A stretch of DNA of 52,521 nucleotides from a virus (lineage: Duplodnaviria; Caudoviricetes), in the IMG/VR virus record IMGVR_UViG_3300020137_000002, positions 1 through 52,521 of that record, one strand, 5' to 3'. The notes below the pieces were generated by a model. The model was given only the letters and a program-made list of their open reading frames with translations. It had not been told where the DNA came from and made no database searches. This document shows, one piece after another, positions 26,938-35,497 of the stretch; within the stretch, counting starts at the first letter, position 1; every line of letters begins with the position of its first letter. The translations under genes were made by a program, and so were the position numbers.

Positions 26938-27188
26938 TGCAGTACGGGTTCCCGCCATCAGATGAGGAGTGCGAGGAATACCCCGCGCCCGACAATCTGA
27001 TTCTGGGGACGCGGCGGGTGATTCCACCTAACGCACCGGGGATGCATGAGTACTTGGATAAGCCTGCGAGTGTGTGGGCAGTGGTGAGGCAACTTAACCA
27101 ACGGATTACGGAGAGGCCGGTGAAGGTACATGTTCCCGGTTACGGGCAGTTCAGACTAGGAAAGGAGGGGTGGGCATATGATGCTTAA
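26934..27188 (+). CDS. hypothetical protein
   Basis: SD GAGGTG, overlap. Confidence 0.6.
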   Translation: MMQYGFPPSDEECEEYPAPDNLILGTRRVIPPNAPGMHEYLDKPASVWAVVRQLNQRITERPVKVHVPGYGQFRLGKEGWAYDA

Positions 27189-27678
27189 CCATGATGAGCG
27201 GGAGGCCGCACGGGAGCAGATTACCGCCGCGTATGACCGTTTGCAGGCGGTGCTGGTGGCAAAGCGTGCCGAGGTGAAGGCGCGTGTGGAGGAGATGGTG
27301 GATGCGGAAACTCAGGAGGAGCGTGCCGAGTTCGCACGGTTGCTCCATCGGTACCATGAGTCAGGGTTGCCAAAAAACATCATCAGGCAGGCCACCCGAA
27401 AGGCGGGGAATGCCCCCGGATTCGATAAGTTGTGGTTTGCGGCACCGCCCCCTGACGTGGACTTGCGTCGGGCCGTGCAGGTGGAGGCCACCCCGGAGCG
27501 GGAGTACGAAATCCTCAGTGAGAACAGTATCTACATCCCGGCGTTCGATAAGACACTGACCGGTATCGACCGTGACGATGTAGCCGTGTGGTGGGATGGG
27601 GACACGGACGTGGAGGGTGAGTACACCGCCCTGGTGGGCATCGTGCAGGCATTCCTGAAAGAGAGGGATTCTGCGTGA
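27178..27678 (+). CDS. hypothetical protein
   Basis: 166 aa, SD AAGGAGG. Confidence 0.7.
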   Translation: MMLNHDEREAAREQITAAYDRLQAVLVAKRAEVKARVEEMVDAETQEERAEFARLLHRYHESGLPKNIIRQATRKAGNAPGFDKLWFAAPPPDVDLRRAVQVEATPEREYEILSENSIYIPAFDKTLTGIDRDDVAVWWDGDTDVEGEYTALVGIVQAFLKERDSA

Positions 27679-27869
27679 ATGAGTGGACTTTCCGGGTGAA
27701 GGACGGTAGGCTGACAGCGTACAAAAACGATGAGAAGTATGCTACGGTTGCGTTGGACGCCAACCCGGAGACGGCGTACCTGGTGTACGAACGGCTGTTT
27801 GAGAGGACAGGGTTTGAGTGGTGGGGGGCGCTCATGGACTACTACAAGAAGGAGGCAACACATGTTTAA
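27675..27869 (+). CDS. hypothetical protein
   Basis: GTGA overlap. Confidence 0.6.
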   Translation: MNEWTFRVKDGRLTAYKNDEKYATVALDANPETAYLVYERLFERTGFEWWGALMDYYKKEATHV

Positions 27870-28356
27870 GAAGGTTTCAGTGGTGATTGTGGCAACGGTT
27901 CTGCTGGTGGCAGGGCTGGCGGTGGGGGGTTCTGCATCCGGTCACGAGCAGAAGGTCTGGGTGTGTAAGTTCGTGGGCACCCCCGGCGTGGATGAGGTGC
28001 TGAAGAAGGGCAATGACGGCCTGATTGAAGTGTCCCCGAACTCGCTTAACCCGCACGGCCCCGTTGCGGTGGGGGATGAGTTCCCTGACAAGCACGGTCG
28101 TAGTGTGGTGGTGCAGATTGGTGGCACTAAGCCTGATGCCTCGGTGTGTACGCCTACGCCTACGCCCGAACCGGAGCCTACCGTGACGCCTGAACCCCAG
28201 CCGGAGCCGGAGTGCCCCGAGGGTATGGTTCCCGGCGCTCCGAATGAGGACGGGGTGTTCGCGTGCCAGAACAATGATGCACTGTCCCCGAACGACAACA
28301 CCCCCCAGGCCCCGAAGCCTGCGGCGGTTCCCGCCAACCCAACGTTTACCGGTTAG
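27862..28356 (+). CDS. secreted Pro/Thr/Glu-rich protein
   Basis: Signal peptide MFKKVSVVIVATVLLVAGLAVGGSASG; PT/PE linker; C-terminus PANPTFTG. Confidence 0.75.
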   Translation: MFKKVSVVIVATVLLVAGLAVGGSASGHEQKVWVCKFVGTPGVDEVLKKGNDGLIEVSPNSLNPHGPVAVGDEFPDKHGRSVVVQIGGTKPDASVCTPTPTPEPEPTVTPEPQPEPECPEGMVPGAPNEDGVFACQNNDALSPNDNTPQAPKPAAVPANPTFTG

Positions 28357-28366
28357 GAGTAACAGC

Positions 28367-28761
28367 ATGATTGCACAGGACAAGTACGGGGCTATTTACA
28401 TCGACCTTACAAACGGGTCACACGTAGTCCTTTACCCCGAGTCCCCATCGCAGGCGGTGCTGTACTCGTGGAGCGTACAGGAGCACATGGACACATATCT
28501 GCGCGATAGCCTTAAGGAGGTGAAGGGAATTACGGCAGTTCACGACCCCCTAACGACGTTGGAGGTGGATAACCTGGTGGCCTACCGCGATGAGGATGGT
28601 TTCGTTGTGGTGGTCTTCCCCCGATTGGCCCCCTTGTCCCCGAAGATTCTATCCGTTTCGCAAATGAGGTGGAGGCGTTGGATTATGTTGGGGTCGAATA
28701 TGACCCTGCGGGATACGCCGCACTCGTGTTTTTCCAAGAGGAAGGATATATCAGTGACTGA
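28367..28761 (+). pseudogene. hypothetical gene with apparent +1 frameshift in a C5 tract (28618-28622)
   Basis: Removing one C gives an acidic FPDWPLVPEDSIRFANEVEALDY...ISD* ending over the next start; as read it fuses to the next gene. Confidence 0.55.
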
Positions 28762-29143
28762 CGACACCATCACCGTGACGCTGCCCATCGAATACGACGA
28801 CGACGCTTGGTACGTGGGTGCATGGGGATTCAACGAAGTGGGTTGGCGAGATGTCGCCCTTAACGTGAACCACCCCGACCACCCCATCGCCCAAGCCGTC
28901 GTCGCTCACATCGACGCCGTGGAGAAGCGCGAGGCTGAGGCGTGGCGTGCCGCCAAGCCAGGTGAGGGCTGGATTCTCACCGTGGACGGCGTGGAGGGGC
29001 GGTACTGGGTTCGGGATGTCGTGGAGGGGATTGTCTTCGCAACACCAGTTTTCAGTGGCGACACGCTGGAGCCGTTCTCCAACCAGCACGACGCCGCCAG
29101 CATCACCGCCGCACGCCTCGCCTGGCCCCTGGACGGTGAGTGA
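28754..29143 (+). CDS. hypothetical protein (AWRxAKPG family)
   Basis: GTG with SD GAGGAAGG; shares a motif with 30286..30699. Confidence 0.65.
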   Translation: MTDDTITVTLPIEYDDDAWYVGAWGFNEVGWRDVALNVNHPDHPIAQAVVAHIDAVEKREAEAWRAAKPGEGWILTVDGVEGRYWVRDVVEGIVFATPVFSGDTLEPFSNQHDAASITAARLAWPLDGE

Positions 29144-29439
29144 TGGAGAAGGTTGTGCGTGACGGCATGGTGGCCGTTGTCTACTCACCCGGTTTTGGGG
29201 CGGGGTGGTCTACGTGGAGCGAGCCGGAACTCGCGTTTGACCCTGTGGTTGTCGCGTGGATTGAGGACGGTAAGCCCTCCCCCGTGCCGTATGAGGATGA
29301 CCCCGACGGGCCGTACACTGGCGGTCTTGAGAAGGCTATCATTGAGTGGATTCCCGAGGGCACGCAGTTCCGCATTGACGAGTATGACGGCAGTGAGTCA
29401 CTCGTGCTGGCGAGCGAGTCTACTTGGCAGGTAGCATGA
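29140..29439 (+). CDS. hypothetical phage protein
   Basis: VAVVYSPGFGAGWSTW...FRIDEYDGSES. Confidence 0.75.
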   Translation: MMEKVVRDGMVAVVYSPGFGAGWSTWSEPELAFDPVVVAWIEDGKPSPVPYEDDPDGPYTGGLEKAIIEWIPEGTQFRIDEYDGSESLVLASESTWQVA

Positions 29440-30086
29440 GCATTTACTATCAGGACGATAAGGTGACCCTGTACTGGGGGGACTGCCTCACCGAGCATCG
29501 GGAATGGTTGGACGCTGACGCCCTGATTACCGACCCGCCATACGGTGTGGGGTTTCGGAGCGCCAGGCGCTCCGAAACCGAGAGGTTCGAAAAAATCTCA
29601 GGTGACGACACCACCGAACTGAGGGATGAAGCCCTGCGGGAATGGGGGAAAAGCCCGCACTCGTGTTCGGCACATGGAGGGCACCACGACCTAAGAACGT
29701 TCGCCAGCGCCTCATTTGGGTTAAGGGAGACGACCCCGGCCTGGGCGACCTGTCGATGCCCTGGGGGTACGGAGATGAGGAAATATACGCGATGGGAACC
29801 GGCTGGGTTGGCCCCCGCCAAACGAACGTCTACCGTATCCCGAAGGTTCATCATACTAACAACCCCGGACACCCCACACCGAAACCAGTGCCCCTTATGG
29901 AGGCGCTAATCACCCACACCCCCCCCCCATTGGGTGCTGGCTGACCCGTTCGCAGGCTCAGGGGCGACCCTCATCGCGGCGAGAAGTCTTGGCCGGAAGG
30001 TGATAGGTGTGGAGTTGGAGGAAAAATACTGTGAGGTTATCGCTCAGCGTCTTTCACAGGGCATACTGGATATAGAGGAGGTATGA
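29436..30086 (+). pseudogene. N6A/N4C DNA methyltransferase (beta class) split by two homopolymer frameshifts
   Basis: GDCL and DPPY in frame A; HPTPKPV in frame B after G5 (29644-29648); DPFAGSG...GVELEEKYC back in frame A after C10 (29919-29928). Confidence 0.88.
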
Positions 30087-30289
30087 TGAAGGAGATTCGG
30101 GTGTTTAAGCCCCGCGAGAAGCGTGTTAGACCCAAACCGTTCCTGGTGCAGTATCGTTGGACGAGTTGGCACACGTTTCGGACGTACCGGTTCCGTTGGG
30201 TCGCCTTGACAGCGGCGTGGGCAGAGGTTAGACTGTACCGAAGTGCATACGAACACCGAGTAATTGACATGAGAGAGGAGACACCATGA
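30083..30289 (+). CDS. small basic protein
   Basis: SD GAGGAGG, ATGA overlaps. Confidence 0.6.
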   Translation: MMKEIRVFKPREKRVRPKPFLVQYRWTSWHTFRTYRFRWVALTAAWAEVRLYRSAYEHRVIDMREETP

Positions 30290-30699
30290 CCACCACAGCA
30301 ACGATTGACGTGACGTTCCAAGTGACCGTCGAAGGGCCGGACGAGGCCGGGCGGTATGAGGCCCTCGGCACAGGCTGGCTTCCCCGCACCCTGGGCGAAT
30401 GGCGCGAAATGGCCGCAAACGAGAACCTTGACTTTGCGAACCGAGCCCTCGCCGCCGCTGTCGTCAAGCACATCGAGGCGACGCTGGCGGCGTGGCGTGA
30501 CGCCAAGCCAGGCGATGTCATCGACGTGCGCATCGACGGCGGCAAGTGGGAGCGCACGGTCGTCAAGATGGACAGCGACGGCGACTGGTACTGCCACCTG
30601 GTGGGCACTATGTGGTTCCCCTGGCTGCTCCTCGACAACGCCGAGAGCATCACCGACTCCCGCATCGTCCTGCGCGCAGGGGAGGTGCCCGGTGAGTGA
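30286..30699 (+). CDS. hypothetical protein (AWRxAKPG family)
   Basis: SD GAGGAG. Confidence 0.7.
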   Translation: MTTTATIDVTFQVTVEGPDEAGRYEALGTGWLPRTLGEWREMAANENLDFANRALAAAVVKHIEATLAAWRDAKPGDVIDVRIDGGKWERTVVKMDSDGDWYCHLVGTMWFPWLLLDNAESITDSRIVLRAGEVPGE

Positions 30700-30967
30700 G
30701 CACACGCCGACGACGGACGAGGTGCGGGCCATGTACGGCGCTGACGAGTTCGGAGTGCCCGCCCCCTTGGGACAGCCAGTCCCCGACTTCGACCGCTGGC
30801 TCGCGGGCCACGACCGCAAGGTGGCGGCGCGGGCGTTTGAGGATGCGGCGGATTTTCTGCTGACAGACCCCACGGCGGGACCTGGGACAACGAAGAGGCT
30901 CCGACACCGCATCTATGCCGCGTGGCTCCGTGAACGTGCCAAGAACATCCGCGAGGCCCAGTCATGA
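30692..30967 (+). CDS. hypothetical protein (TPTTDEV/FxRWLAxHD family)
   Basis: Paralogue of 31179..31448. Confidence 0.7.
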   Translation: MSEHTPTTDEVRAMYGADEFGVPAPLGQPVPDFDRWLAGHDRKVAARAFEDAADFLLTDPTAGPGTTKRLRHRIYAAWLRERAKNIREAQS

Positions 30968-31003
30968 CCGCCCAGACGTTGGTGGAGGTGCTGGAGGTTC
31001 CCG

Positions 31004-31186
31004 GTGAGTGAGCGCATCGACCACGTGGAGGATGCGCGGTACTACCTGGCCCACGTTGCCGATTCGGGCGACGCGGACGTGTCTCCCGCCGAGCAACAGG
31101 CGTGGGACGGGCTCGGGGTTCGTGGCATTGGAACGCTCCGCCCCGACATTGCCGCCGCTCTCGGATTGGGGGTGCCCGGTGAGTGA
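31004..31186 (+). CDS. hypothetical protein
   Basis: Bounded by junction repeats. Confidence 0.6.
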   Translation: MSERIDHVEDARYYLAHVADSGDADVSPAEQQAWDGLGVRGIGTLRPDIAAALGLGVPGE

Positions 31187-31448
31187 CTACACGCCGACGA
31201 CGGACGAGGTCAAGAACGCTTGGGCGGGCTTGCAGGTGGCCGTGAACGGTAAGCCCTACGAGGTTGCGGATGCGGAGTTCTACCGCTGGCTCGCTGACCA
31301 CGACGCCGAGGTGGCCGCGAGGGCGTGGGAAGAAGGAGCGAAGGCAGAGGGCCGGTACCTAATGCGTGCCGAGGACGCCGACGCGGCAGGGCAGGGCGTC
31401 ATGGTCTACCGCGAGGAGAACCCCTACCGGACGGAGGCCCAGGCATGA
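31179..31448 (+). CDS. hypothetical protein (TPTTDEV/FxRWLAxHD family)
   Basis: Paralogue of 30692..30967; ends NPYRTEAQA. Confidence 0.7.
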   Translation: MSDYTPTTDEVKNAWAGLQVAVNGKPYEVADAEFYRWLADHDAEVAARAWEEGAKAEGRYLMRAEDADAAGQGVMVYREENPYRTEAQA

Positions 31449-31693
31449 GTAACTACGAGGTTCATGGGTCTGTGTCCACAGAGGCTGAGGTGTTCACCCG
31501 GAGAAACACAGGGCTGCTCAACCTGGGTCACCTGCGGACGCTCGTGGCCGAGGCCAACCGTCTGGGAATTGCGGACAACGCAACCGTGACCGTCAGTGGC
31601 GTTCACAAGAGTTACATCTACGTGAATATGTCCACCGTCAGTGAGATTCGTGTCCGAGGTGCCATCGAGTCGAAGGGGGCCGGGAATGAGTGA
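31445..31693 (+). CDS. hypothetical protein
   Basis: ATGA overlap, SD GGAGG. Confidence 0.65.
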   Translation: MSNYEVHGSVSTEAEVFTRRNTGLLNLGHLRTLVAEANRLGIADNATVTVSGVHKSYIYVNMSTVSEIRVRGAIESKGAGNE

Positions 31694-32186
31694 CTACACG
31701 ACTGACGAGCAGTACCGAGCCGCCAAGGGGGAGATATCTAACGCGCTGGCGGCGCTAGACAGGATGAGCCTCACACAGGCAATCACGTATCTAAAGAACC
31801 GGCTGATGAGGCTGAACGACCAGCAGGGTGCCCGTGCGCAGGTCATGACCGGCGCGACCTTTAATGATGCCACTCAACGCCTCGTGACCCATATTCACAA
31901 AGCGATTGCGCCACAGTGTATGACCCTCTTCCCTGCTTTGGGTAGCACGCAGGATGCCTACGAGAGGTTCCTATCCCGTCTTGTTGATGCGGTTGCTGAA
32001 TGGGCGCTCGCACCGGAGCAGGTGGAGTTGGGGGCGCGCGGAATGTATGAGCGCCGCCGTGACCCTGGGTACCTGTGGGGGTACCTGCCCTACGGAGTCG
32101 AGCAGGAGTACCGACGTGACTACGAGACCGCCATCCGCGCCCTGGTCGGGGAGGTGGAGGCGTGCCATCGAGGCGAAACTCATTAG
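31686..32186 (+). CDS. hypothetical protein
   Basis: ATG 31686, SD GAAGGGG. Confidence 0.6.
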   Translation: MSDYTTDEQYRAAKGEISNALAALDRMSLTQAITYLKNRLMRLNDQQGARAQVMTGATFNDATQRLVTHIHKAIAPQCMTLFPALGSTQDAYERFLSRLVDAVAEWALAPEQVELGARGMYERRRDPGYLWGYLPYGVEQEYRRDYETAIRALVGEVEACHRGETH

Positions 32187-32204
32187 CGAGCAGGAGGTGG
32201 AGTC

Positions 32205-32459
32205 GTGAGTGTACGCCTGACGTGTACTGAGCGTGACGCGGTTCTGCTCGACCCTGCCACTGGCCGCGTGTGGAAGTCGGCGCAGGTGGTCTCATCCCTG
32301 ACCGACATGGATGGCTGGTTAGGGGAACCACGTATCGAGACAACATGGGAACTAGAAAACGGAGACCTCTACCGAGACGTGCGTCACCCCGGACGTGACG
32401 GAGCGCCGGACGTGAGGCCCTGTGAACACTGGAAGGAGGAGAGCAATGACCCTCGCTGA
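32205..32459 (+). CDS. hypothetical protein
   Basis: SD AGGAGG. Confidence 0.65.
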   Translation: MSVRLTCTERDAVLLDPATGRVWKSAQVVSSLTDMDGWLGEPRIETTWELENGDLYRDVRHPGRDGAPDVRPCEHWKEESNDPR

Positions 32460-32673
32460 CGAACTGACCGCACTGCGGGAGGCCGCGACACCGGGCAAGT
32501 GGGATTGTTACCGACCGCGCGCTTCATTCGCCCAATATCACGTCTTCTCCGAAGACCAGGAGACGCTGGCAGTGACCCCTGGGCACAAAGCACCTGCAAA
32601 CGCCAACCTCATCGTCGCGCTGGTCAACAACCTGCCGGAGATTGTGGATGCGCTGAGGGCCGTATCTCAGTAG
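32446..32673 (+). CDS. Ead/Ea22-like N-terminal domain protein
   Basis: LREAATPGKW...ANANLIVALVNNLPEIV. Confidence 0.6.
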   Translation: MTLADELTALREAATPGKWDCYRPRASFAQYHVFSEDQETLAVTPGHKAPANANLIVALVNNLPEIVDALRAVSQ

Positions 32674-32708
32674 GCAAACGTTCAGGTGAGGACTAGGCAA
32701 CTGGAAAG

Positions 32709-32737
32709 TTGCGCGAACCCGCCGAACCGGGTAGGAT
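32709..32737 (+). promoter_or_regulatory. sigmaA-type promoter
   Basis: TTGCGC-17-TAGGAT; ATG 7 nt downstream. Confidence 0.7.
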
Positions 32738-32744
32738 GGGAGAC

Positions 32745-32930
32745 ATGATGGATTTTTACAACATTGACAGGGACACAGACGGTACGTGGTTCATCACGGG
32801 TCACCGGGTGCTCTCGCAAGCGTTCTACGGTGACAACGACTCGATTGACGAGGTGGAGAGCGTCATCATCGAGGGCGGGTTTGCATCGTTTGACGAGGCT
32901 GAAACCTACATGTATGGACTTGGGATGTAG
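32745..32930 (+). CDS. small acidic protein, probably leaderless
   Basis: 61 aa right after the promoter. Confidence 0.65.
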   Translation: MMDFYNIDRDTDGTWFITGHRVLSQAFYGDNDSIDEVESVIIEGGFASFDEAETYMYGLGM

Positions 32931-32932
32931 CC

Positions 32933-33250
32933 ATGAGCGACATTACAGCGTACGAGATGCGTAACTGGCGACTCATCTACACGACAAGCGAATTGGTGTG
33001 GGGTGATTGGCTGGCGTGCCTAGACGGTAACACCGTCAGCATAGAGCCAAGCGCGACGACGCTATGGTTTAGCGAAAACTACGGCAGGCGTCTCCCGGCT
33101 AACGCAATGACAGCGGATGTGGTGAACGGTGAGATTACGTCCGTTTGGGTGTCCAGTGATTTTGAGGAGGACGTGGAGAAGGTGCGGGATGAACTTAACG
33201 CAGTCCTCCTTGCGGTGGCACAGACCATGACTGAGGTGTGTGGTGGCTGA
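32933..33250 (+). CDS. hypothetical protein
   Basis: 105 aa in operon. Confidence 0.65.
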   Translation: MSDITAYEMRNWRLIYTTSELVWGDWLACLDGNTVSIEPSATTLWFSENYGRRLPANAMTADVVNGEITSVWVSSDFEEDVEKVRDELNAVLLAVAQTMTEVCGG

Positions 33251-33473
33251 ACCAGTAAAGGCGGTTAATGGCCTCGGGAAGGTGAGGTGGATTCCGCAAT
33301 TGCGAGACGGGTCGCTACTCACGTATAGGTACCATAGTTATGGCCAGATGTGGAGTACGGTGTACATCAATTACGTGAACTACCGCTGGTATTGGCTTGC
33401 GAAGGCCAAGGGTGACCGGAAGGATAAGCGCGATGCTAAGCGACAACTTCACATCGTGAGGTACGGGAGGTAA
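33240..33473 (+). CDS. hypothetical basic protein
   Basis: SD GAGG, overlap. Confidence 0.55.
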   Translation: MVAEPVKAVNGLGKVRWIPQLRDGSLLTYRYHSYGQMWSTVYINYVNYRWYWLAKAKGDRKDKRDAKRQLHIVRYGR

Positions 33474-33577
33474 GGAGGAAGGGCAGTGGATATCGTGAAG
33501 GTGACAACCAAGGTGGACCTGGATGCCATGACGAGGGTCCTGAAGGAGTTGGAGGAGTTGAGGAAGGGGGGTAAGAA

Positions 33578-33739
33578 GTGACGGATGTGACGATGGGCAT
33601 TACCGAGTTCACCAACGTAATGAGGGGCATCCTGTTGGTTCTAGATTCACTGGATGCACGTATTGATGACCTCTCCCAGCGCGTTCAGGCGATAGAGGAA
33701 GCCTGGGACCCGCACTGGAGGGACTCGGACGACGAGTAA
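33578..33739 (+). CDS. small coiled-coil protein (53 aa)
   Basis: Hand-translated; TAATG coupling to the helicase. Confidence 0.55.
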   Translation: MTDVTMGITEFTNVMRGILLVLDSLDARIDDLSQRVQAIEEAWDPHWRDSDDE

Positions 33740-35229
33740 TGCCTCTTTACGACTGGCAGGAAGAAGACCTATCCACCCTGCGCGACAACAAGTACACTGC
33801 ACTTCTAGCAATCGAGACCGGAGGCGGAAAATCCCCGTTGGCGGCGAGTGCTATCAAGGACTCAGGTGCCCGCACGACGCTCGTTATCGCCCCCGGTAGT
33901 ACCCTCTCATCCCCTGACCGTAACTGGCCGGTGGCGGTGGGGGTGTGGGCTGACCAGGAGATGCGGTTGTTGAGTAATGGTACGAAGGCGGGGCGACAAG
34001 CCATCACGGATTTCGAGTTGGGCTACCCCGGAGTGTATGCGTGTACGCCACAACTCCTGGCCCGCAAAAGCACAGACGTGAGCCAGTGGAGGGGTGACTT
34101 GCTTATCGTAGATGAGGTTCACCAGTTGAGTTCGGCGCGTACGAGTGGACAGCGCAGGCTCTCCGGGTATAACCCGCAGGACGACCCGGTTAGTACGCAT
34201 TTTGAGTCCCGTCTTGCGCTGTCGGGGACGTATTTCCGTCAGTCGTTTGATAATGCGTGGGCTACGATGCGTTTGTTGTGGCCGGAGTTGGATGGTCGGG
34301 GCGAGATTGCGGACATGTCCTATTACTTGTGGTGTACTGACCGCATGACAAGTGAGGACGTGTATACGAGCCGACGGGACCGTGATGGGCGACCTGTGAA
34401 AGTGAAAAACTTCTTGGCGGAACGTGAGCCGGGAAAATTGCTTTCGGAAATGCCGTGTGTCATTCAGCATAAGCGCCGGGAGAAGTGCTGTGAGTACCAT
34501 CCGAATGGGTTCCTCACGGTGGATAAGCCACAGGAGTTGTACCGTGTGGTGGATTTGACCCCGAAGCAACGCCGTGCTATCTGTGAATTGGAAGAGCACT
34601 ACATGACGTATCTTGACGATAACCCGCTGGTGGTGGATTTGACGCTTACGCAAAAACAACGCATTCGTCAATTGTGTCTGGGGGAGGCGAATGTGGAGTA
34701 TTACACGGGGGTAAATAAGGACGGCGAGGAGGTAATGAAGAGCCGTTTGGAGTTCGACCCGGAATGCGTGTCACCGTTTGCTGATGAACTTCTATCGCTG
34801 TTGGACGACGACCTCCCCACCGGAGAGCCAGTGGTGGTGTATATGGATAGTCAGCGTTTTGCGTCCGTGCTTGTGGCAAAACTGAATGCACGAGGCATCA
34901 CGGCCCAGGAGTATTCTGGGGTGACGAAAGCGGATTTGTCGAAGTTCGGCACCGAGTTCCAGGTGCTCGTGGGGGTTACGTCCTCGGTGGGCACGGGTAC
35001 GGATGGGTTGCAGGACGTGTGCAGTACGGAAGTGTGGATGGAGGTTCCGGTGAGCCTCACAGCGGAAACGCAGTCTGCCGCCCGTATCGACCGGATGGGT
35101 GCGAAGAAGCAGGTGCAGAGGTACTACATCCAGGACTCGGATGGATGGGCGCAGGGGCGACTGTCGGACAACGTGACCAAGAGATTGGCTATCAACAAGA
35201 GCATGAGGAGGACCAATGGCGTTAAGTAG
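33739..35229 (+). CDS. SF2 (SNF2-like) DNA helicase
   Basis: Q motif LYDWQ, ETGGGKS, DEVH, LSGT, GTGTDGLQ, QSAARIDRMG. Confidence 0.92.
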   Translation: MPLYDWQEEDLSTLRDNKYTALLAIETGGGKSPLAASAIKDSGARTTLVIAPGSTLSSPDRNWPVAVGVWADQEMRLLSNGTKAGRQAITDFELGYPGVYACTPQLLARKSTDVSQWRGDLLIVDEVHQLSSARTSGQRRLSGYNPQDDPVSTHFESRLALSGTYFRQSFDNAWATMRLLWPELDGRGEIADMSYYLWCTDRMTSEDVYTSRRDRDGRPVKVKNFLAEREPGKLLSEMPCVIQHKRREKCCEYHPNGFLTVDKPQELYRVVDLTPKQRRAICELEEHYMTYLDDNPLVVDLTLTQKQRIRQLCLGEANVEYYTGVNKDGEEVMKSRLEFDPECVSPFADELLSLLDDDLPTGEPVVVYMDSQRFASVLVAKLNARGITAQEYSGVTKADLSKFGTEFQVLVGVTSSVGTGTDGLQDVCSTEVWMEVPVSLTAETQSAARIDRMGAKKQVQRYYIQDSDGWAQGRLSDNVTKRLAINKSMRRTNGVK

Positions 35230-35497
35230 AGCGGGGCGTATCGCGTGGGAGCGCATGGCGGCGGCGATGGCGGAACGTGGAGCGAACTGCAAGGACACAC
35301 CGGAACCATGGACCGGGTATGTAGATGAACAGGGTGTAGAGTGGCTTCCGACCCCGAAGGAGGCACGGGACTTGTGTGCAGGTTGCCCCCTGCTTGACAA
35401 GGAGTGCTTGGAGTGGAAGAGTAAGGGGGACACCACCTACGGGGTTCTGAACGCTGAGGTTATCGACAAGTGGAAGGAGAGTGGTAGGCGTGACTAG
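35216..35497 (+). CDS. WhiB-family (Fe-S) transcription factor, divergent
   Basis: ANC...EARDLCAGCPLLDKECLEW...YGVLNA (four Cys; GVWGG turn altered). Confidence 0.75.
   Translation: MALSRAGRIAWERMAAAMAERGANCKDTPEPWTGYVDEQGVEWLPTPKEARDLCAGCPLLDKECLEWKSKGDTTYGVLNAEVIDKWKESGRRD

Larger units (their letters stand above)
30681..31210 (+). repeat. gene-junction repeat GGAGGTGCCCGGTGAGTGA x3
   Basis: 30681-30723 vs 31168-31210 (43 nt, 3 mismatches); shorter copy 30993-31013. Confidence 0.85.

Noticed and set aside
28244-29143. Single 299-aa gene as in the ORF track
   Set aside because: The 5' part overlaps the secreted-protein gene; an internal SD/start and a composition change indicate two genes.
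29641-29653. Programmed -1 ribosomal frameshift in the methyltransferase
   Set aside because: In-frame codons TGG GGG AAA do not form an X XXY YYZ site, and a second +1 shift would still be needed.
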